NCBI GenBank assembly: GCA_002633005.1
Contig: NMRA01000006.1
Span: 2,193,818 to 2,257,817 of the forward strand
Origin: Phoronis australis
Lineage: Eukaryota; Animalia; Phoronida
DNA: 64,000 nt
Reading direction: 5' to 3'
Part shown: positions 24,901 through 36,900 of the stretch, one piece after another
Layout: each line of letters begins with the position of its first letter
How positions within the stretch are numbered: the stretch's first letter is position 1
The notes under the pieces: model-generated
The model's input: the letters and a program-made list of their open reading frames with translations, nothing else
Told to the model about the DNA's origin: nothing
Database searches by the model: none
Translations under genes and position numbers: made by a program

Positions 24901-27900
24901 CACAGCTTAAAACGCAAGTCCAATACTATATCAAATTTCTTCTTTCTGAACTTGGCAAAACAGCAATATATGTCTAAATGGCATTTTCACGAGTGTCTTT
25001 AAGCACAGGAAGGTGACAAAACTCCAATGTAACGGGATCGCGTGACTCACGCTTGTATGTAAAGTCACACATTTCACAAAGCTCAGAGCAATAGTCAGAC
25101 AGAAAATGCACACCCCGCATACACCTACAGTTAACATTAGTGCACAAGATGAGAACAAGAAAGAATCGTTTACCAGAGCGAGACATCCCGAGAGCCAAGC
25201 ATTTTTGAAGACGGCAGAATTGGCAGCGATTCCGTGTAGTAACAGTTATCTCACAGTTTTTATTGGCATTGCATTTCTTTCTAGCTGGGTCACCAATCTC
25301 TTGCAAAGCTCGTCGGAAGAACCCCTAAAACATTTACGGACACAAGCTATAAGCGGAGTAATGGTAGATAAGAAAGGCGGGGCATTTACCAGATCTAGAC
25401 ATGCCCAGGGCCAGACACTTTTGCAGTCGACAGTACTGGCAACGGTTTCTAGTGATGACGGTCACCTCACAGTTTTTGTTGAAATAACATTTCTTTCTAG
25501 TCGGGTCGCCAATGTCCTGCAGAGCTCGCCGAAAGAATCCCTACAACGCAGAATTAACACAGAAAATTCGACATCCAGGGAGAGGGGAGGATATCATGCA
25601 GACAACGCTCTGGGAAAAGCCATCAACTGACGTCTTGGCACAAGTTGTGCAATAGCAATTAAAGATAATTATACCAAAATAGCTACGGAATTTGATGTTT
25701 AATGAATTTTTCAGAAGACAACGCTGGACTCCTGGCTACAATCATGTCAGACTCATACGAATACAGGCCCACATACACGCATGTATGAAAACCAATCAAA
25801 TCCTTGTGTGTTTATGCTAACTTACTGAATATTCACAAAAAGAAAAAGCAGTCGCGCTATTGGGTGGATAGTATATGCAAAAATACTTGGGTTCTATGCA
25901 TAAACACAGAACTTCTGAACACATTTCGTTATGTATACACATATAAATTATAAGATTTTAGGTTTGAAGAATTAAGCGTTTTAATTGCAGTGAAGAAACA
26001 TACTTTTGTTCTTTGTCAAATTCATACCAGGGAAGGAACATCATTGTCAATCTGCGAGATAGACTAAAATAGTGTAGCATTTGGAAACAACTGATCACAG
26101 AAAATGGACATTGGACATTTAAGCATGCTCACCTTACAACCTTCACATGCAAGAACTCCATAGTGTACCCCTGAAGACTTGTCGCCACACACGAGGCACT
26201 TGGCACCAGCTGACAGGTCTTGCGCCTGTGCCTGCTGAGCCTGCTGTGCTTGCAGCCCTATCTGCTGGACGGCGACCAAGTACTCGGCATCGACAGGTGA
26301 AATCGCTGCTGTGCCATCACCTGCCTTCATTTGAGACAGTCCCGCGCTCACTGGCGCTCCTACATTAGCAGTGATGTTCTGAATCAGTGACACTGGTGTA
26401 ACCATTGGTATCGTTGTTGCCACTGTTGCTGCAGTGCTGGCGTGTGTCTGTAGGAAGTCTGCTCTGTCATCACTCTGACTGCTCAAATCGCCCACTGACT
26501 CGGTAGCCAGGTTCAGACCAAAAGAGGTGTTACTGTCGTCCTTTGTCGACAGCTGAATGTCGTGGTGCGACGTGACATTAGCTGGAACGGTGATGACTGC
26601 CGGGTCACCATCTGGTTCTGGGAGCAAACCATCTCCCGGAACACCACTGCCACCTTCTGAATGGTCTACCAATGCTAGTGCCTCACGTTCTGTGGGGACG
26701 ACCAGCTCAATAGATTCACTAGCCTCAGGTATGCTAGATACAGTCTCCTCAATGATACCACTAGTCTCTACCTGGCCGATTGTGTCAGCCTCCTCGGCAA
26801 CCTCTTCCGTTTCCACGCATACCGTCTCCTCGATGACTGTACTTGAGGGTTCGGCCTCTGCAACATCCTCCTCGCGTTTTGCTACAATTATTGTAGGGCT
26901 GGGAACACCTAGAGATAGAGAGAACTAAAATTACAACACTACCCTGTCGGCTGTCAGCGTTTTTCTTGTAGGCATCACATGACTTCCTTTTCAAACAGAT
27001 CACTGGTGAGTGTCTCTGCAACAAAGTGGAGTGTGTTGCTCCCAATTACAAATAAACTCAGTTAATTAATGGGAATCCTGCACAGGTTCAAATAATTATG
27101 TGGGTTTCCTGGCAATACCGACAGATGTAAGACAAAACTCATAACAGGCATTCACCTACAGGATGTCCAGGGCGTTGAAATGGAAACCCAGTCTCAAATT
27201 CAGATACCCTATTAGAGCTGGGATGCACTCCTCAGCATTTCTCAAACTAAAGTAAACAAGAAAGCATGGGTGTCTTATTTAACTTGCCAGCACCAGCTTA
27301 AATTAAAGCAAGACATGAATTTTAACGATGTTTAAATTGTCATTTCACTATTGAAAAAGATAGCTAGTGGACTCTATGCAAGTTTTTTTCCATCACCGCC
27401 TAGAGCATACAATAAAAATTTCAAACCCATCCCAATCTATTTCCTACACAACGGCACACAAGTCAACTCGCCACACAGAACTAAAGGTCAAGGTTGAATT
27501 GTACATATGGCAGGCTCCTGCATTGTGTATATGAACTCATCTCATAACAACACACATCCAGGAGAAAAACATCAATTGACCTATGGTGTACAACATATGT
27601 CTAGGGTTAGAACAATTTAAGACAGCTAATAACTAAAATTAACCTTTTCACATTTTCCTAATTTCAAAAAGTTTATTAGGTGGGTGAAAATACAGCAAAT
27701 ATTTATATAATGCAGCTGTAACCCATAAACAATGCTAACAACGAAAATGTTTTTCTCAAAAATTTATGCTTACTCTGAATTTACTAGCAAAATTTCACGT
27801 GTACACCATATTAGGCATAAACTAAACAATTTTTACCATAATTCGATAATTTTCAACCACTAATCTACCATCTCCTTGCCAGTGTCTGTCAACGTCAGTG

Positions 27901-30900
27901 ACGAATAAATCAAACAGGAAAGCAGAGAAAATGAATTCATGATATGCTAATACGAGAATACAGCAAAAAACACATTAATTGTTGAAAGTCAATGACAGCC
28001 ACACAGCTGTCGCTGAAACCCCACAACAAAGGAAATTAACCTCAACCTAAGGTCAGGGCCAATGCATCCATAACAACTAATCCCTGGGGAGAATGCAGAG
28101 TCAAGTAGCAGCAAATTTGTCAACTTAAGCAACTTGCTAACAAAAAACATGACAAGGCAAGTACAAACCTAGCTTGAACATAACTGATAAAACAAAACTC
28201 AACAACANGACTTCCTTTTCAAACAGATCACTGGTGAGTGTCTCTGCAACAAAGTGGAGTGTGTTGCTCCCAATTACAAATAAACTCAGTTAATTAATGG
28301 GAATCCTGCACAGGTTCAAATAATTATGTGGGCTTCCTGGCAATATCAACAGATGTAAGACAAAACTCATAACAGGCATTCACCTACGGGATGTCCAGAG
28401 CGTTGAAATGGACACCCAGTCTCAAATTTAGATATCCTACTAGAGCTGGGACGCACTCCTCAGCATTTCTCCAACTAAAGTACACAAGAAAGCATGGGTG
28501 TCTTATTTAACTTGCCAGCACCAGCTTAAATTAAAGCAAGACATGAATTTTAACAATGTTTTTAATAAATTGTCATTTCACTATTGAAAAAGATAGCTAG
28601 TGGACTCTATTCAATTTTTTTCCATCACTGCCTAGAGCATGCAATAAAAATTTCAAACCCATCCCAATCCATTTCCTACACAACGGCACACAAGTCAACT
28701 CGCCACAAAGAACTAAAGGTCAAGGTTGAATTGTACATATGGCAGGCTCCTGCATTGTGTATATGAACTCATCTCATAACAACAAACAGCCAGGAGAAAA
28801 ACATCAATTGACCTATGGTGTACAACATATGTCTAGGGTTAGAACAATTTAAGACAGCTAATAACTAAAATTAACATTTTCATAATTTCAAAAAGTTTAT
28901 AAGGTGGGTGAAAATACAGCAAAAATTTATATAATGCAGCTGTAACCCATAAACAATGCTAACAACGAAAATGTTTTTCTCAAAAATTTATGTTTGCTCT
29001 GAATTTACTAGCAAAATTTCACGTGTACACCATATTAGGCATAAACTAAACAATTTTTACCATAATTCGATAATTTTCAACCACTAATCTACCATCTCCT
29101 TGCCAGTGTCTGTCAACGTCAGTGACGAATAAATCAAACAGGAAAGCAGAGAAAATGAATTCATGATATGCTAATACGAGAATACAGCAAAAAACACATT
29201 AATTGTTGAAAGTCAATGACAGCCACACAGCTGTCGCTGAAACCCCACAACAAAGGAAATTAACCTCAACCTAAGGTCAGGGCCAATGCATCCATAACAA
29301 CTAATCCCTGGGGAGAATGCAGAGTCAAGTAGCAGCAAATTTGTCAACTTAAGCAACTTGCTAACAAAAAACATGACAAGGCAAGTACAAACCTAGCTTG
29401 AACATAACTGATAAAACAAAACTCAACAACATAAGATACACTTCAAAGCTTTCTATAGACTTTCCAAATCAATAAAATTGATTTTAGGCAAAAACAAGTA
29501 TTGAAAAAAAGAGACAATAGGAAATTACTGCCAGTCCTGCACACACAATATTCTGAGCAAAAATCAACTTTCTGGTAAGAACAACAGAACAGGATTTTAT
29601 AAATTGCCAGTTAGTGACATGGTTTTACAGTCTTGAATCTCCATTTTGTATAATTTCCGCTTCAAATACTCGGTGTGTGCAAATTGCAAATAACTTAGAA
29701 AAAAATTATTTGGTGGTCAAATTTGACTGCGGCATGCCCAAAGCCCTTGCGAGTAATTATGGTAAACACATCACCACTTTTAGACAAATATATTTGCCAA
29801 AATTGACCTTTTCGCCTATCTTCAAAGGCTTTAAACGTTGTTGTGAAGGCCCGAACCTTCTCAAAACTGCCTGTAGCTGAAACTTTAAAATGAGACAACA
29901 ATTTATTTGGTGCTACATATCTTTTATGAAAAAAAAAAAACGGAGCTACCACCCCGAAAATTGATTTTTCTGCCACATTTTGAAATTTATTTGAAACATC
30001 ACTTGGCAGACTAGAGCACTATCCTACACAGCTTTGGAAAAATCTCACCACTTTAGGACACAACATGGCTGACAGGTGAAATTTTAATTTTCTCATTTTC
30101 CCATGAAATGTAGGTAAAATTCTTCAATTAGGGACAAAGGTAATTGCTAAAATTGCCTTATTTCTATTTTTAAAAGGCTTACCAGTACAACATTGTTGCA
30201 AATGCTCAAAATTTTACCAAATGTTGTTTGGCCTTACAAACACCATGAGAAAAGCAAAGCAAATTTTCTGAAAAGTTATTTTTGTTGAGAAATTTGACAA
30301 AACGAAATTTCGCCTGTCCACCATAGCATCCTAAACCGAAGAATTTGTACCAAAGCACCTAATCAGTGCCTCAGCATCACCTGAAACACCCTAAAACATT
30401 GAAAGCCCTTGAAAAATGGTTAAGAGGGGAATTTCAGAAATTATCTTCCTCCAAACTTGGTGAGATATTACATAACAACTTCTCAATGGGATCATTTAAA
30501 TATTGAGTTGCTAACACAGAACATTCAGCTAGAACACAACAACAGGGAGCTGAAATCAACATCATGTCACTGACCACTTGAAATATTTCAGTTGTTTAGT
30601 CTGTGGGCAAGCAATATGTGGAGAATTGGATATCTTCCAGATCTGCCAAACTCCCCAGTGGTTATTGCCCACACACTGACTAGATCATCTCAAGTTCAGG
30701 TCTGAGTGCTACACCATTACTCACTTCAAGCTAGACACTTTTGTGTTCAATCCTGCATGTAATGTACTTAAGACATTTGTGTCATGTAGGCAATCCAATG
30801 GGTTGTGAGTGTGTGAATACTCTGTCCTCAGACCACAGAGAGGAAACAGGACACCGGCATGAAAATGGCAGACACCACCTGCAGAGACGGAGACTGACCT

Positions 30901-33900
30901 ATTTCTGACCACCCTCAATAACAAATTCCCAGAAACAGTAGAGGTCATTGAACAAAGTAGGAGACTCTGGCCAGAAAACAGGTCAGCTATGAATTAGACT
31001 GAGAGTGCAGCACTATCTCCATGTGACTGAACCCTATCCCCAGCGGGTTGCAGAACATGAAAAAGATCGATCAGTCTCAAGTGACCCTCTCTTCTCCATA
31101 ACTCGTTTTGACTTATCATTTGGTCAAGTTTGAATTTTGCCACAACCAATTTGGCTTGCATGTGTGTCTAATTTGAAAACTTATGTCACAAGCTTGAAGT
31201 ATTGGGAGATAGAGTCATTTCTCAAGCAATAAGGACATTTTGGCACCAGTTCAATGCATTAATTCAAAGACTGACATACAAACTCCCCACACTATGAACA
31301 TGGGCTTTCCAATGTAAATGAATTTTGTAATTCCAGTCCAGTTTGAATTCCATGTTGTGGACAACACTGACCACCTGAACATAAACTAAAGTTAAAGTCA
31401 GTACAGTAATTTTCCACTTATTTCACACAAAAAATCCCGAAATTGTCTTTTTCTATTTTTCAAAAGCTAATTACTTTCCTTGCAAATAAATGCAAAATAT
31501 ACCAAAAGCTGTTTTATGACATACACACCATGTTCTGGTGTTAAAACACTGTCTTTCATATCAGGTGTAGGTGCACTTCTAAAACCTCATTCATTCATCT
31601 CCCTTGTTTGAATTAAAATTGGCTACAACTAATGGCCATTAATGCCTAGATTGAAACTTTCCCCGTTATTGACATGTATGTAAATTGGCCTGGGCTGAAG
31701 GTATTCAAGACTGAACCAAACATGTTTTCTTGTGCTGCTAAAATACTGCTGGGAGTCCAGTACCTTTAAAGAAACAAAAATATGTTTCAGGAAGGCAGCA
31801 GTACCAATGATAATGACAATGACAAGTATTTCATGTAAAAAGTTTTCAAGAACTGAGCAGTATCTGAAATTTAATATCGTCCACGCATTCTTAGGAGAGG
31901 TGTAACCTGTCTAGACACCAGAGATCCGGGGAACACAAAAAGTTAACCATTAAAATGAATTTTGTAAAAGCATGAAAAGTTAGACTTTTAATTACGGTCA
32001 GTGTGTCTTGACATTGGTGGTAACACATTCCAATGAGAAAATGTGCAACATTTGCAGTGGCAATGGAAAAAAAAAGAAAAATTTCTCAAAGCAAAATGCA
32101 CACCTTATATTTCAAAACAAGCAGGCTGAGGTTGCTCCACAGTGAAGTGTTTTCAAGAGGCTAAAAGATCAACGTCTGAAATTGTCACACTTTTTCTGTA
32201 CAAACATAATTTCCGTTGGTTTAGCATTCGTTCATGTGGGGCTTTGATGTTCGACAGGGCTATTTAAAGTGACCAGGGTCACTTTAAAGTCATATGCCAT
32301 CTATAGTTACCTCACAGCCTATCAAGGCACAAACTATGTTAAATAAATTGTGAACTAATGCCTCATTTAATTTTCAAGGTCTGCTGTGCAGGGGACATAA
32401 CTTGCATCTTGCGTTAAAGCATTTTCCCTTAAAAAATCCAACATAGCTCAGGCTTTGTCACCAGAACACTGACCCAGTGCTTTTGTTCGTGTTCTTGTTT
32501 TCAACAGTAAACTGAATTTTAATAAATATTGACTTGTCCTGAATCACTCTAAGAAACTTGTAATAATTATGGTTTTAAGTGACAACAGTGAATCAATTTT
32601 CACTCAGAGTGATGTGGATGTAGAGAAATGAAAAAGAAGGCCACCTCTAATGGAATGCATCCTCTCATCAGTAATGAATTCATAAGCCAATCCACTACAA
32701 ATTAACAAGATGCTTCAAGCTAAGATAACCCACACCGCAAACGCCATGTAAAATCTCTATCAATGAAGAAAGTTTGACTGTATACAAGTCTAATGGATTG
32801 TTACTAGTAAGTACTTGCATGAACAAAACAAAATTTAATACAGTTCAAGATTTTATTGATTAGTTTCATTTGGCCAACGAGATTGACAAACGAAATGCTA
32901 CTTCAGTCTCTGAACTGGCGAATGCCTGTTTACAAAATGCAACCTCAGAATGCAGGTGCCGATCTCCCCTGGAACTTCATTTCCCACAAATTTTAGTCCC
33001 TGAAGTCACCAAATGTGTCCTCCAAGCTCTTCCAACACCTGCTAGTATGTTTTTCCAACAAACTGGTTGACAATAACAACCTTTTACTGAACTTCTAGGC
33101 ACTGAAACGTAGCTTCTTTGCAAACAAAGTTTCAAAGGGTCTCATTGAGACCGTCTCAATGAGTGATCACGCCTTCAAATCTGCCACTAGTGAATGTACG
33201 ATAGCCATACGCCTTAATGATGGGTTGTAACAAATTAATATTTTAGAATTCATTTACAAGTATAATGCAGATTATTGTTTTTCTACATTTTAGTTTGTGA
33301 AATAACACTTTATGTATAGTCTCCTTTTTAATTGTTTTCAACCCTTTTTACTTAAAGTTCCAGATAAATAAAAAAAATAAAATTGAATTATAGTATTCGC
33401 CTTAATATCTCCCAGGGCGCTTATTAGGGCGAATACGGTAGGCCTTTTACGCTCCTAAACTTGGTCTCAATATTGCCTTGCACGACATGATTCTACTTCT
33501 GTTAAATTTATATGAACATCGAAAGAATCAAGGATCTGATGTTCTTTGGGGTAATGATTTTGTTATGGTTAAGGCCTTAATTTGAGTTTTTTTAGCCAGC
33601 TAAATAGGGCAAAACGCAGCTTTAAGTTTTTATGTTTGTACTGCACTCTTTATTAAGTCAAAAAAGCATAGTTGGCTATGATATTTTTATTTGAAAACCA
33701 AGTAGTTGATGGGATATTTTTTCAGTAGCTCACTTTTTCAATGAAAGAATCCCTCCAGATTAGCAAAACCTATCAGGGCTTGGAATGACCACTGACAAAA
33801 AACGCAGAAACTTTTACGGCCCAAATCATGCGCGCTACCCAGCCTTGAAAAGGGATGTGAAGCTTTCCCTGACAAAAATCGGGAGGACTAAAAAAACCTT

Positions 33901-36900
33901 TAGTAGCATTCGTCTGCGTCCTTTTAGCTCGTCCGTCCACTCCCAACCCACACATTTTTGGCTGCAAAGCCGTGGTATTTGTCGCCGCGGTTTACAATAA
34001 CAAGAGACGCCATTGAAAATCTCACCACGCTATCCCAGATGCCCCGGCAATGTTGACAATTTACGTTCCTCCGAAACATAAAGAGCAACTTTCGCTTTTC
34101 GAGGTGAACGTCGTCTGCAACGCCGCAGTAAGAAAGGAATTTGCCGCAGAAATTTTATATCAAATCTGATTTTTTTTTACGCGGAAATATAATAAAATGC
34201 ACGGACAGAACATTTGAAAAAAAGCGGAAATCCGCGTTTCCGCAGAAAATTCCAAGCCCTGACCTATTGATATTTTTATTCAACTCTAACCAATTTTGGT
34301 TAGAGAAGGTTGGCAGCAGTTCTGCCAGTGCTCGAAGTCCTTTTTTCAAAACCTCAGTGACGGCAAACAAGGAAATGGAGTCATAATCCAGAATGTTGCC
34401 AAATAGCCATAAAAACTGTCATTTAGAGCAGGAAATATAACTAACAAAGATCCTGCTACCCTCAGAATAGTGGTAGAATAGAATTTCGAAACCAACAAGG
34501 TGCCGTCCCGCGACAGCTACCCAGGTTGGCCAGAAAGAGTCGATCTGACTTGCAATCCAGACAATCCAATGCATGACCATGTAGCACTTCTCTCAAACAA
34601 AAGCTGAATTACTCGTGACGAGGCAAATTTGTGAGTGGGTGTACTTGCAAGCCATCACATGTTGAGGTCAAGACACCCTTCTAACCAAGTGCACTGAATA
34701 TTTAAAGCACTACTTTTGTGGAAAAGACATGATCGTATCCACATGATCACCTGCCAAAGTTTCTCAGTTCTTGGGTCACATAGCACATGACAGTAAAATG
34801 TCACCAGTGAAGGACACACTAAGGAGGACGAGTAATATACAATTTTCTCATTATTTCTTTACACGTAAAAGGCACCGACCAAGTGGACATTTTTCCATGA
34901 TCAAACTCTGTATCACAGCTACCACCAGACAATAATTTGAAAATTATGGACAAATGCAACAACGTTAGAAGGCTTTGAAAAAATAAGAAAAAAGCCCATT
35001 TTCGTAATTATTTTTGTCCAAAATTAGTGAGATTTTATTGTAATATACAACAATAAATTTGTGTTGCTCTCTGATATCAAGCTATGTACTTAGTACCATA
35101 AATAGAAAAAAGCAGCTTATTCCCGAGCAGTGTCACATGAACCTACTATACCTGCCTGCAACTTTGGAACTGAGTAGACAAGACCGATTCTTTTCATAAA
35201 CTTGTCGTGGCACAGAGTGAAAGTCAGTGACTGAACACGGTTGGGCATGCGATATTTCCAACAACATGACTGCAGAGGTCACCACTTGTAAGGTGCGACA
35301 ACACCAGTCCATAATCAGTTTATATTTGCTTCCATATTTGGAAGAACACCTTTATCATTTTGAGACGCAAAACACTGGATGGATGTAGTGGTATAACCTG
35401 GGATGGGTACGTCCCAGGCACAACTGAGCGCTGGCAAGGAAGAAGACGGCGAAAACAACTGACGGGTGACAAAAAGGAAATATGACAACCTGAGCTACAC
35501 GGAATAAATTCATTATACACAAGAGACAAAAGCACAAATGTAACCAGTTGTTGAAACTAGCGGCAAGTTGTTGCGGTATTCTACTACTTTACTGTGGCGA
35601 TCCCTTTTTAACGCTTCACTTCCATTTGAGTGACTAAACCAAGCTCTGTCTACTTAATAAAACAAGCACAGCCCACTGTGTCATTTACGTGTACAAGTGC
35701 TTGACAAATCATTGCACTTCAAACCTTGCTTATAGTTAATTATGTGCCTTTGTGCAGCTTTTCGAAAAAGAACATGAGACCTTGCATGACATTACAAAAA
35801 CCTTCCCATCTGGTTTCACATTCAGACAACAGCCGTTTGCAAAATCTAGATATCAATCTAGACCAATTGTTAATCTTTATTCATGCATACTGTTGTCCAA
35901 CATCTTGACTTGCCGGACAATTATCTACCCCTGTTCAAAGGGTTACTAAAACCGGATCTATTTTCATTAACAAGTGTCAAAGAACTGGAACCTAACATAT
36001 CTATTTTGACAATTTTTTTTATTACATTTCTGTGTTTTTTATTTTAACCAGTGATTTATTGCTGTCATAGCTAATGTGGTAATTGCTCTACTTCACACAA
36101 AAGGACCTTAAATAAGCGTTCCTGTACTAAAAATCGAAATTGGTATCGACATTTCCCTTTCACTTTTCAGCGGGCTCAATAAAGGTGTCTATTATTCTGC
36201 GATCAACTACATTATGGTTAATATGGAGGACAGTATTCTAATCTAGTTTGAGCTTCATGGCCCATCATTAAAGCTTAACTTCGAACATAAACTCAGAATT
36301 TCGAGCTCATACCCAAAATCTCAAGTTTTTACTCAAATCTTAAGTTCCGTAGCTCAACTTTAGGGGTTATCAAATCCGAACATGGCCATACCATATTCCA
36401 GCACCGAATTATAAACCTCTACCAAGAGTTTGTGCAATAATACAACAACAACACAAAAGTAATGAAACAAAATACTTCCCCATCACAAAGTCAACAAGAG
36501 CAACGTAGAGTGCTGAAATGCACCCGCGACAGCAACGCAGTGTGCTTCTACGGGTGTTTATAAGCATAAAAAATGGAGTCTAGGTGGTGCAGAATATGTC
36601 ATATAAATCCCAAAATGGATAGATGCTATCACCACTTTTCAATAAAAACTGTCTAAGAATAAGAACTTTAAGATACAAATGCAAACGTAAAAATAAAGTT
36701 GCCAGTAGGGGGTACAATGGTAGTGTGAACTGTCCAAAAGTATTAGGTAGCCATAGTCACATTTATAAATAAAACTAATTCTTGCACAATTTCACAAAGA
36801 TCACTCAAAGGAGTAAGGAGATGCAGCTGAGAAAGCAAAAAAGACAAAAATCGCAACCAGGAGGTGTCACAGATATCAAATATGTCCACAAATCAATGCA

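Noticed and set aside
25174-25540. Alternative readings of the duplicated DBD exons: a three-finger/2DBD receptor, or an assembly artefact
   Set aside because: Co-inclusion frameshifts, intron retention contains in-frame stops, and there is only one first-finger exon, so no tandem-DBD protein is possible. Heavy synonymous divergence, unrelated flanking introns and absence of an N-join argue against artefact.
25106-26928. Plus-strand ORFs (174, 73 and 123 aa) over the receptor exons
   Set aside because: Antisense shadows of the minus-strand coding exons with no independent support.
26981-29431. ~1.2-kb tandem duplication (26981-28207 / 28209-29431)
   Set aside because: The junction is exactly the single N at 28208 and the copies are near-identical; a probable haplotype-overlap assembly artefact.
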